Source: Spirochaetota bacterium (lineage in GTDB: Bacteria; Spirochaetota; UBA4802; JAGODF01). From it: a stretch of 64,000 bases of DNA. The notes under the pieces were generated by a model. The model was given only the letters and a program-made list of their open reading frames with translations, made no database searches and was not told the origin of the DNA. A program made the translations under genes and the position numbers. Of this stretch, positions 47,850-56,814 are shown in pieces; positions within the stretch are counted from its first letter, which is position 1; the number at the start of each line of letters is the position of its first letter. The stretch lies in contig JARKUF010000009.1 in the NCBI GenBank assembly GCA_029974015.1, positions 1,167 to 65,166 of the forward strand, read 5' to 3'.

Positions 47850-47968
47850 GGCAACCTCTAATAATTAGATTTACCCTCCCGCCTTCGGCGGGCGGGTAAA
47901 TCTAAGTCCTGAGTATGCCAGTATTAACAAATCATGCGAATCTCAAAAATTAATTTTTAGAGGTCCCC
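47850..47968 (+). mobile_element. MITE-like element, copy 9
   Basis: GGCAACCTCTAA...TTAGAGGTCCCC; stem TAGATTTACCCTCCCGCC-TTC-GGCGGGCGGGTAAATCTA; ends 13 bp before ATG 47982. Confidence 0.9.
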
Positions 47969-47981
47969 TAAGGAATTAAAA

Positions 47982-48440
47982 ATGACAATTAAAACAACTT
48001 TGTATATTACTAACGAAAGACTCAAAAAACTTGACCGCGCTGCCGTTAATTCGGGAATGAAACGCAGTCTTATTATTTCAGCGCTGCTGCGACACCTCGC
48101 CGGAAAAGATCGACCTGAGCATGCGGCATTTTCACCCGTGTGCTACCAGGGTCGGCTGGAAGAACACAGGTGGACCAGAGCACATGTCTCCCTTAGATGC
48201 GACGAGTATGAGTTTTCTCTAGATTTGAGGAAGGTGTTGAAAATGAGCGTTTCTTTTATTGTGGCCTTTGCGATTGACCATTACCTTGAAGAATTGCTCT
48301 CTCTGATGAAAGGTGATATAGATAACTATCGATATCGCGACTATGTTATTATGAACACTTTCGTAGATAATGTCATGTGTTGGATAATCTACTGGGGGCT
48401 ACCCCAAAAATTACCCATGCCGCCACCCCCGTGCAACTGA
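47982..48440 (+). CDS. DUF1564-like protein, putative tandem ribbon-helix-helix fold
   Basis: Two strand-helix-helix-like units (KTTLYI...SGMKRSLII; HVSLR.DEYE...LRKVLKMSVSFIVAFAI) joined by a YQ-containing linker, as I recall for the spirochaete DUF1564 family. Not confirmed by search. Confidence 0.6.
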   Translation: MTIKTTLYITNERLKKLDRAAVNSGMKRSLIISALLRHLAGKDRPEHAAFSPVCYQGRLEEHRWTRAHVSLRCDEYEFSLDLRKVLKMSVSFIVAFAIDHYLEELLSLMKGDIDNYRYRDYVIMNTFVDNVMCWIIYWGLPQKLPMPPPPCN

Positions 48441-48509
48441 ACGCGCATCATAAATTAAGTCCCTCATTATAATCCGGTAAAAACTTCGGAAATACCTCTA
48501 ACCTGCCAA

Positions 48510-51374
48510 TTATTTTGCTCCCTTCTTCTCCTTCCCGGAGGTTTCCCCGTAAAACCCATATTCTTCGAAAAGGTTCATCGCCCGATCTAATGTTTCCCGC
48601 GATGTTGCACTGCCGATTATCCCAGTGAGATAGGATTTCGCGGCATCCCTGTCCCCCCTGGCATAGGCATCAACAGAAAGCAAAAGCTTCGATTTCTGCG
48701 CAAAAATATTCTCTCCTCCGGCGTCTTTCGAGAGCCTTGTGAAATAGAACATGGCCTTTTCCCTGTTTTCCTGCTTATAAAGGCTGATAATCCCAAGATG
48801 GAAAAGCGCCTCCTGGCGATACTCATTGTTGAACGATGAAAGCTTATAAAAGCTGTAATAAGCATTGCCATACGAGCCGGAATCTAATTCCAATTTGCCG
48901 GTATAGTATCCCACCAGGTTGCCATTGCCCGGATACTTTTTCAGCAGTTCCGAATATTTTTTAAACCCCTCCCGGTCTCCCTTCTTATAGTAATGGACCA
49001 TGCTTTCCTGGAACGCCATTTCTCCGAAGGGACTTTTTTTAAGGCTTTCCATGTTCTTTTCCGTTGCCTTGACCCCCAGATCGGGGTTTCCGCCCTTGAA
49101 ATATGCCACGGATAGAAGGGCGTTTTTGCGGTCCCCATGCACAGCATCCGTCACTGAATCGAGCTCCGACCGGGCGCCGTTATAATCTCCTTCTCGAATT
49201 TTGATATCGGCAAGCTCAAGCCGCGCATCGGGGACTTTTTCGGCATCGGGGAACCGCTGGGCCAATTCGGAGAAAAGCTCCTTCGCCTGTTGGAGGTCAT
49301 TGTTCTCTTTGAAGAACATTCCCAGTCTGAACATCGCATCGGCATACATCACCGGGTTTCGCATAAGCCTCCCGAAAGCCCTCCGGGCGCCTTCCACGTC
49401 CTTCGCCAGGAGCGATATATCGACCATCATCGACAGGTCTTCATCGGAAAAAAACATGAGGTCGAAATTTTTAAGAATCCGGTATGATTCCCCGTGTTTT
49501 CCAAGCTTGCTCAGGCTTTTCCCCTCCCAGAAGCGCACGAGCTTCTCCGTGAATTCGTCGCCTGGAGGCATCCTCTCATCCTCCACCATGCGGACCGCTT
49601 CGCGGAAACGGCCCAATCTGTACAGCGAAATCACGCGGTAAAGATACACCGACGGCGCGTTCTCCCTCCCCGGCACAGCGAGGAACTGCCGGTAATATCG
49701 TTCAGAGGAGGAATAATCTTTTTTCTGGAAGGCTTCATCGCCCCTCGTAAGAAGCACCGCACCAGCGGCGGCGGAGCGCGGTTTTTGCTCAACGATAAAA
49801 TCGAAGAGCTTGTCATATTTCAGGTTTTTCTCTCGGTAAGCCAGGGCGGATTTGTAAACCGTATCCTCGATGCCGTTTCTCCCGCGATATCGCCGCATGA
49901 TGGAGCCCATCGTCTTCATGGCGTTATTGTACTCGCCCATTTCGAGGTATATTTCATGCAGCTTCTCGTTCGCCTCGAAATGCAGTTCTGGATTTTTAGT
50001 TTCCAGATACCGGTTCAGGTGCTCGACGGCCTTTACCGGCTTGCCTTCCCTGTACCTCGCCATTCCAAGGTAAAAGTGCGTATCGTTAAGGAATTTGGAG
50101 AACGGGTTTATCTCGCGTATCTTTTTAAATTTCTGGTCGGCCCTGTCGATGTCTCCACGGCTCAGGTATACCCGCGAAAGGAGAAACTGCACCTCCTCCA
50201 TGGAGCTATCGTATGGATACTTGTTTGCAAGCAGGTCAAGGAGCCTTTCCGCATCGTCGTTTCGGTCGGCCTCGATGTAAACCCGGCTAAGGAGCAAGAG
50301 GGCGTTTTTCTGTTCTTCAGGGTCGGTGAGAGACACAGAGTCCTCGAGAAAGGGAATTGCGTCTTTCGGGTTTTTTTTCAGATAAATCTTCGCCAGGGAC
50401 ATGGCGGCCTTGCTTCGCAATTCCATCTTCGTGGTCCCCAATCTCGCCTCCTCCAGGAGGCGCACACCCCTTTGCTCACGGTTTTCGTTTATAAGGACCC
50501 GCCCGAGGTCGTACTTCGCGTCGAAATACCAGTCGGAATCCATGCCGATGATGAGGAAGAGTTCCAGATTGGACTTGGCGATGTACTGCTGTCCCAGCTC
50601 TAAGTACGAAAGGGCCTTGAAATACTGCGCGTCGTAGTACGGTTTTTCCTTGAGCATACGCTCCGGAATGGCCCCGAACTGCCGAAGCGCCCCTCGATGG
50701 TTTTTTTTAAGCTGGTAAATTCTGCCCATAGTGAGAGATGACCTCGCCGCGATTTTGGCGTCGGGCCGCAATGACTGGAGCTGTTCCAGCACCGCCGCGG
50801 ACTCGTCATATCTCTCGTCATAGAAAAGGGCTTCGCCTATCTTGAGGTTGAGTTTCTGCTTCTTCGGTTCGTCCTCCATCTTATCCAGGGTCTTTTTCCA
50901 AACAAGGACCGCCTCATCGTATCTGTTCTGGATATGGTAAATCTCGCCAATTCTCAGCATGGCATCCACTGTGAGCTTCGCGTCGGGACTCTGGGCTATG
51001 AACCGATTATATTCCTCGATGGACTTGATGTATTTTTTCCGGTGATACTCGGACTCGGCTATCCAGAAGCGGGACTGGGAGCACAGGTTCGACGTGGTGC
51101 ACTCAAGAAGGAACCGGTTGAATTCGAAGATGGCCGATTCGTATTTCTTCTGCCGGAAAATGGAAAGACCCAGATGGTACCAGGCCCGGTCCCGGTAATC
51201 GTCGTCTGCATCTACAATCTTACGGAAGATGAGGTCCGCACTGCCGTAGTTCCCCGCTTTGAAAGCCTCCATGCCCTGCTGATACAGGTCCGCGGAGTTT
51301 TCCCGGGCACCCACATATCCCGCCGCCAGCATCGCCGCGAAGACGATCACGTATGTCAGCTTTGAAAATCTCAT
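48510..51374 (-). CDS. large exported TPR protein
   Basis: Signal peptide and many TPR repeats (AWYHLG, SRFWIAE, AMLRIGE); 954 aa; ATGA overlap with cinA. Confidence 0.88.
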   Translation of the reverse strand: MRFSKLTYVIVFAAMLAAGYVGARENSADLYQQGMEAFKAGNYGSADLIFRKIVDADDDYRDRAWYHLGLSIFRQKKYESAIFEFNRFLLECTTSNLCSQSRFWIAESEYHRKKYIKSIEEYNRFIAQSPDAKLTVDAMLRIGEIYHIQNRYDEAVLVWKKTLDKMEDEPKKQKLNLKIGEALFYDERYDESAAVLEQLQSLRPDAKIAARSSLTMGRIYQLKKNHRGALRQFGAIPERMLKEKPYYDAQYFKALSYLELGQQYIAKSNLELFLIIGMDSDWYFDAKYDLGRVLINENREQRGVRLLEEARLGTTKMELRSKAAMSLAKIYLKKNPKDAIPFLEDSVSLTDPEEQKNALLLLSRVYIEADRNDDAERLLDLLANKYPYDSSMEEVQFLLSRVYLSRGDIDRADQKFKKIREINPFSKFLNDTHFYLGMARYREGKPVKAVEHLNRYLETKNPELHFEANEKLHEIYLEMGEYNNAMKTMGSIMRRYRGRNGIEDTVYKSALAYREKNLKYDKLFDFIVEQKPRSAAAGAVLLTRGDEAFQKKDYSSSERYYRQFLAVPGRENAPSVYLYRVISLYRLGRFREAVRMVEDERMPPGDEFTEKLVRFWEGKSLSKLGKHGESYRILKNFDLMFFSDEDLSMMVDISLLAKDVEGARRAFGRLMRNPVMYADAMFRLGMFFKENNDLQQAKELFSELAQRFPDAEKVPDARLELADIKIREGDYNGARSELDSVTDAVHGDRKNALLSVAYFKGGNPDLGVKATEKNMESLKKSPFGEMAFQESMVHYYKKGDREGFKKYSELLKKYPGNGNLVGYYTGKLELDSGSYGNAYYSFYKLSSFNNEYRQEALFHLGIISLYKQENREKAMFYFTRLSKDAGGENIFAQKSKLLLSVDAYARGDRDAAKSYLTGIIGSATSRETLDRAMNLFEEYGFYGETSGKEKKGAK

Positions 51375-52591
51375 ATTCTTTTAAGATACCGCCTCAGCAT
51401 ATCGAGGGCGAACACCGCGGAAAAGGCCCGCACCCTTCCCCTGTCTCCGGGAAGATACTGCCGCTCCCCTCTGGAGCCTGCACCATCGGCAATGCCGAAG
51501 CAGACGGTGCCGACGGGTTTGTCCGGGCTCCCCCCGCCAGGCCCTGCGATGCCGGTCGTGGAGATGCCTATATCGGCGCCAAAAACCTTCCTCGCCCCTT
51601 CCGCCATCTCACGGGCAGTCTCGACGCTAACTGCGCCATATATTTCGAGGGTTTTCCTCGATACCCCGAGAACCGATTCCTTCGCTTCATTAGAATAGGC
51701 GACGGCCCCCCCACGGAATACCCTTGATGAACCCGGCACATCGGTAATCCTGGCGCCGATCATACCCCCCGTGCACGATTCAGCCAGGGACAGGGTTAGG
51801 CCACGCCCGGCAAGAAGGGCGACCACCTCCTCTTCAAGTGATTCTCCATCAAGAAGGCTTTCTCCGAAGAGCCTGCGCATAGAGGAACGCAACGCACTCT
51901 CATCGAAATTAGCTCCCCCAGTGGACGTGACGGTGATCTCATTTATTCCCGGAGCGGTACAAATTCCCCACTCCAGACCGGATTTACCGAGCTCCAGGGA
52001 CTTCACCCTTTCGTCCGCCTCGGCCTCCCGGAGAAGGAGCGTTCGGAAGGTCAGAAACATTTTTTCCTTCACCCCGAGGCCTTCGCGCAACCAGGGAAGG
52101 ACATGGGCCTCCCACATCCTTTTCAATTCCCGTGGAGGCCCCGGGAGGGCAATAACGCGGGAGCTTCTAAAGGGCATGGCAAATCCGCATGCCATACCGA
52201 CTTCATTGGGGAAAACCCGCGAGCCGATCGGGACCGTGACCATCTTCATGTCTCCGGGCCGGGGTTCCATGCCCCGCTTTGAAAAAAAATCATTCATCCG
52301 GTCGAGGGAAGGCCCGTGAATTTCCGTGCCAACTCCCGCCAGGTCGCAAAGAATTCCGCAGGTAAGATCGTCCTCCGTGGGGCCTAACCCGCCGGTGATG
52401 AAAAGAACTTCGTACCGTGCCGCAGTCTCATCCAGGGCGGACCGGATATCCGCGACCCGGTCGCCGACAAACCGCATCTCCCCTAACTCCATATCCAGGC
52501 GGAACAGCCCCGCAGCAATGAGGGCACCGTTCTCGTCCCTCACCCTGCCGCGTAAAAGCTCGCTCCCCGTGGCTATCACGCAGGCATGCAC
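51371..52591 (-). CDS. cinA: CinA family protein (MoCF-like domain + NMN amidohydrolase PncC)
   Basis: GSELL.G, TGGLGPT.DDLT, LPGPP.E, AESCTGG and TGIAGP motifs. Confidence 0.93.
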   Translation of the reverse strand: MHACVIATGSELLRGRVRDENGALIAAGLFRLDMELGEMRFVGDRVADIRSALDETAARYEVLFITGGLGPTEDDLTCGILCDLAGVGTEIHGPSLDRMNDFFSKRGMEPRPGDMKMVTVPIGSRVFPNEVGMACGFAMPFRSSRVIALPGPPRELKRMWEAHVLPWLREGLGVKEKMFLTFRTLLLREAEADERVKSLELGKSGLEWGICTAPGINEITVTSTGGANFDESALRSSMRRLFGESLLDGESLEEEVVALLAGRGLTLSLAESCTGGMIGARITDVPGSSRVFRGGAVAYSNEAKESVLGVSRKTLEIYGAVSVETAREMAEGARKVFGADIGISTTGIAGPGGGSPDKPVGTVCFGIADGAGSRGERQYLPGDRGRVRAFSAVFALDMLRRYLKRI

Positions 52592-52595
52592 GCCG

Positions 52596-54260
52596 CTACA
52601 TCCTCTCGGGCGCCGACACACCCATGAGCGCCAGGCCGTTTTTCAGGACGATGCGCACGGCGTCGCAGAGCGTTAGATAGGCCGCCGTATTCTCTGCGTC
52701 ATCGGAGAGCACCCTGTGTTCGGTGTAGAACCTGTGATATGCCTGGGCAAGACGCATGAGATAGGTGGCGATTCTGTGGGGCTCGCAAGTCATTGCGGCA
52801 TCGCTTATCTCTTCGGGAAATTTCGCCAGAAGTTTCAAAAGCGCTGACGATTCAGGATTATCGAAGCGGTCCCGGCGGACGTCTTCGGAAGCGCAGGCAA
52901 TGCCACGTACTTCGGCCTCGCGAAATATTGAACAAATCCTCGCGTGGGCGTACTGAAGATAGAATACCGGGTTCTCGGAGCTGGCGCGCTTCGCCAGGAC
53001 CAGGTCAAAATCGAGATGGCTTTCCATGGAGCGCATCACGAAGAAATAGCGCGACACGTCCACTCCTATCTCGTCGATGAGCTCGCGCATGGTTGAGAAT
53101 TTCCCCAAACGCTTTGACATCTTGACAATCTCCCCTTCCCTCACCAGGTTCACCTGCTGGGCGATGAGGACGCGGAAATCGCCTTTGTATCCCGTGGATT
53201 TGACGGCCCCGGAAAGCCTGGCGATATAGCCGTGGTGGTCCGGCCCCCAGATGTCGATGATGGTATCGTACCCCCGGTCAATCTTGTTTTTGTGATAGGC
53301 GATATCGGCCAGAAAATAGGTGGGACGCCCGTCATCCCGGACCAGGACGCGGTCCTTATCGTCCCCGTGGTCCGTGGACCTGAAAACTTTTTTTCCTTCC
53401 TCGTTAAAGACGGCCCCCCGCTGTTCAAGGAACGCCAGGGCATTCCGCACCTCCCCTTTTTCGTGGATGGTGCGCTCGCTGAACCATCGGTCGAAATGCA
53501 CGTTGAAAAGCTCCAGGTCCTCCCTCTGGCCGGCGACATTATGTTCCACGGCCTTGCGGGACAGAAATTCAACCATCTCCTCTTCGCCGGAGAACGATTC
53601 CAGCTCTTTCGAATATTTATCTGCGATTGTTTTCGTGATGTCTTTGACGTACTCGCCGCGATAACCTTCTTCCGGGAATTCCACGGCCTCCCCGCGGAGC
53701 TCCTTCAGCCGACAGAGGACTGACAGGCCCAGGAGGCGGACCTGGTTGCCGTAATCGTTCACGTAAAACTCTCGCTCCACCCTGTCGCCATTGGCCTCCA
53801 TCAGGTTGGCAAGGGTGTCCCCCACGGCGGCGGCCCTGGCCGAAACGATGTTCATGGGGCCGGTGGGATTGGCCGAAACAAACTCGATGTTCACATAACG
53901 GGGGTTTTCCCGGCTGTTTTTCCCGTATCCGTCCCGCTCCCGCACTATCTTTTTCAGATTTGAGATGAGATGGTCCAGGGAAATAAAGATATTAATAAAG
54001 CCCGGCTTCACCACGTCGACCTTCTCAATAGAAGGCGATTGTTCGATATACTTTTTCAGAATTTCACCGATTTCCAGGGGGGACTTCCGTAGAACCCTGG
54101 CGCTTTCCAGGGCAAAGGGAGTGGAATAATCGCCAAACCTGTCGTCTTTGGGATATTCCACCTTCACAGCTTGAACTGAGCCGAGGGCCAAAAGGCCGTC
54201 CCTTGCGGCGCTTTCAATGGCGCCTTTAATGATGAGAGATAATTCTTCTTTGAAGATCAC
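52596..54260 (-). CDS. argS: arginine--tRNA ligase
   Basis: EFVSANPTGP, YVNDYG, WGPDHHGY, KMSKR and YLQYAHAR motifs. Confidence 0.97.
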   Translation of the reverse strand: MIFKEELSLIIKGAIESAARDGLLALGSVQAVKVEYPKDDRFGDYSTPFALESARVLRKSPLEIGEILKKYIEQSPSIEKVDVVKPGFINIFISLDHLISNLKKIVRERDGYGKNSRENPRYVNIEFVSANPTGPMNIVSARAAAVGDTLANLMEANGDRVEREFYVNDYGNQVRLLGLSVLCRLKELRGEAVEFPEEGYRGEYVKDITKTIADKYSKELESFSGEEEMVEFLSRKAVEHNVAGQREDLELFNVHFDRWFSERTIHEKGEVRNALAFLEQRGAVFNEEGKKVFRSTDHGDDKDRVLVRDDGRPTYFLADIAYHKNKIDRGYDTIIDIWGPDHHGYIARLSGAVKSTGYKGDFRVLIAQQVNLVREGEIVKMSKRLGKFSTMRELIDEIGVDVSRYFFVMRSMESHLDFDLVLAKRASSENPVFYLQYAHARICSIFREAEVRGIACASEDVRRDRFDNPESSALLKLLAKFPEEISDAAMTCEPHRIATYLMRLAQAYHRFYTEHRVLSDDAENTAAYLTLCDAVRIVLKNGLALMGVSAPERM

Positions 54261-54639
54261 AGCATCACATCCTGAGGTTTATTTCTTATGGCATCTTCTC
54301 GGGTATCTCTTAAAACCTGATTACTTAAGAAGTGGCCGACAGGGCGCTACATGTCAACAAAATCTTATAAAGCACGAACGTCTGTAAAAACCCTGTATCC
54401 AATCCGAAGGGGAAATTGCGGCGCCATACGGCACATCCATCTTCCCGGGTGAGGGAAGAGAGTTTTTACAGGAATGGTCAATAAAATTCTTGAAAAAAAT
54501 AGCTCTTTAACATACATTCCCGATATTGGGTACACAAAACATTTTCGCCAAATATGTCAATCTTTCTGTTCGGATTTTTTCTGCAATACATAAGTGTTTA
54601 CCAGTTTTATCACAGAAGTAATACTACAAGGAGTCATCC

Positions 54640-56814
54640 ATGGGTATTTTCAAGTACGACAAAAGCCAGCTTTTAGCCATTCTCATTTCAGTGGGGCTCT
54701 TTTTCCTCTTCTCCGGCCTTTACAAGTATTCCAGAATTTTCGACGGTATGGAAAACGGCGCCATCGACTTCAGGTTTCGCATGAGGGAGCCGTTCAAGGA
54801 AGTAAAAAAACTCGGCGACCGCGTCACCACCTTCAAACGCAATCCCAGGGCCCGGGAGGATATCGTCATCTGCGCCATCGACGAAGACACTCTGAAAACA
54901 TTCAGCCAGGAAGAGGACATTCGATGGCCCTTCCCCTGGGACATGCACAAAACCATCACACGCTACATGGCGGCAGACAAACCGGTGGCCATTTTCTTCG
55001 ACATCATGTTTTTAGACAATCTAAGCGAAAAGCTCGTGGACGGAGGCAGAGGGGCATTTCTGCCGGGCGGCGACTTCAGCCGCCTCGGTTACGCCCAGAT
55101 GAAACGGAGCTTCAATCCCGTCAATTTCCACTGGTTCCGCGCCCAGGAGCGCGAATTCGCCCGGACCATTAAGGAATCGGGCTGCGTGTTCTTAGACTAC
55201 CCTTTCCACACGGAGGAGTCGTTCAAGTCCTTTCCCGACTTTGGGGAACGCATGGATGCCCTAGACAAGTTCACATTCCCCGTGGAGAAAAAGGACATTC
55301 CGGGAAGCAACTGCGAGGAGGCCGAAGAGTTCGGCCGCGACCCTCGGTGTCCCTGGGTTTTCACCCTCACCCCTCCCACACCCCTCCTTTCCAGAGCGGC
55401 AAAGGGGTTGGGATACGCCAACGTCAGGCCCGATCCCGACTCGGTAAACCGAAGACTACCCCTGGTGATTCTTCACAGGCATGGGGACAGCTATAAATAC
55501 TATCCCTCTATCGACCTCCTTCTGGCGATGCAGTATTTCAATATCGGCGCTAAAGACGTAGAAATAAGGATGGGAGAATACGTGAAGCTCAAGAACCTCC
55601 CCGAAAAGAAGATGACGCGCCCCAACAAGGCCAGGGAAATCGCCATTCCTATTGACCACCAGGGTTTCATGGACATTAATTTCATAGGTGGTCCAGGGAG
55701 CTTCGACGTAAAAAGCTATTTCTATTTCAACCGCGATCCGGACCGCCGCGGAAATTTTAAGGACAAAATTGTTTTCATCGCCGCTTACAACGCAGCCGGA
55801 ATAGCCATAGACGTCCACAAGTCCCCCTTCGGCGACACCTTCGGGGTGGAGCACCACGCCAACGCGCTTAACACAATACTGAACCAGGACTTCATCCGCC
55901 GGCTCTCGGAAAACCAGAACGCCCTCATACTCCTCGGAATTGCCCTCTTCCTGGGACTCGTAATATCGAAGGCCACGATGATCAAGTCGATCATTTTCAC
56001 CCTGGCCTTTTCGCTTGTTTACGTCATCGCCTCCATGGCGCTTTTCGACACGGCGAACGTGGTGTACATATTCGCCACTCCCCTGGTCCAGATAGGCACC
56101 ACCTTTTCGGCCATCACGGCATACCGGGTCCTCACAGAGCAGAAAGAAAAGAAATACATTCGCCAGACATTCTCCAAGTTCGTCTCGCACACCGTGGTGG
56201 ACGAACTCCTGGCGCACCCGGAGAAGCTGAAACTCGGAGGAGACAAAAAAATCCTCACGGTCCTTTTCTCGGACATCCGGGGATTCACGACAATATCCGA
56301 GGCGCTTACGCCGGAAGCCCTTGTGGACCATCTGAACATCTATCTACAAGCCATGACCGATATCGTCATCAAGTTCGACGGCACGCTGGACAAGTACGTC
56401 GGCGACGAAATCATGGCCTTCTGGGGCGCGCCCATACCCCAGGACGACCACGCCCTTTTGGCCTGTAAAACGGCCATTGAGATGATGGAGGTCCTTCACC
56501 GGATGAACGATGCCTGGCGCGCCGAAGGGAAGCCCCCTCTGGAGATAGGCATCGGCCTCAACTCCGGCGAGATGGTTGTGGGAAACATGGGTTCTACCTC
56601 GCGCATGGACTACACTCTCATGGGCGACAATGTTAACCTCGGCGCGCGCCTGGAGGGGACAAACAAGCAGTACAAGACGAATATCATCATCAGCGAATAC
56701 ACCTACGAGCATGTCAAGGAGCATGTGATATGCCGTGAACTTGACCTGGTGCGGGTGAAGGGGAAGGAACTGCCGGTGAAGATTTACGAATTACTTGATA
56801 TTAAACAGGGGTAA
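54640..56814 (+). CDS. CHASE2-domain class III adenylate/guanylate cyclase (adenine-type residues)
   Basis: Periplasmic CHASE2-like region, 3 TM helices, FSDIRGFT, DKYVGD and DYTLMGDNVNLGARLE motifs. Confidence 0.93.
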   Translation: MGIFKYDKSQLLAILISVGLFFLFSGLYKYSRIFDGMENGAIDFRFRMREPFKEVKKLGDRVTTFKRNPRAREDIVICAIDEDTLKTFSQEEDIRWPFPWDMHKTITRYMAADKPVAIFFDIMFLDNLSEKLVDGGRGAFLPGGDFSRLGYAQMKRSFNPVNFHWFRAQEREFARTIKESGCVFLDYPFHTEESFKSFPDFGERMDALDKFTFPVEKKDIPGSNCEEAEEFGRDPRCPWVFTLTPPTPLLSRAAKGLGYANVRPDPDSVNRRLPLVILHRHGDSYKYYPSIDLLLAMQYFNIGAKDVEIRMGEYVKLKNLPEKKMTRPNKAREIAIPIDHQGFMDINFIGGPGSFDVKSYFYFNRDPDRRGNFKDKIVFIAAYNAAGIAIDVHKSPFGDTFGVEHHANALNTILNQDFIRRLSENQNALILLGIALFLGLVISKATMIKSIIFTLAFSLVYVIASMALFDTANVVYIFATPLVQIGTTFSAITAYRVLTEQKEKKYIRQTFSKFVSHTVVDELLAHPEKLKLGGDKKILTVLFSDIRGFTTISEALTPEALVDHLNIYLQAMTDIVIKFDGTLDKYVGDEIMAFWGAPIPQDDHALLACKTAIEMMEVLHRMNDAWRAEGKPPLEIGIGLNSGEMVVGNMGSTSRMDYTLMGDNVNLGARLEGTNKQYKTNIIISEYTYEHVKEHVICRELDLVRVKGKELPVKIYELLDIKQG

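Noticed and set aside
1121..47968. The ~120-bp repeat as a CRISPR array or integron attC array
   Set aside because: Copies are dispersed in both orientations without regular spacers. No cas or integrase gene is present, and the ends are not RYYYAAC/GTTRRRY.
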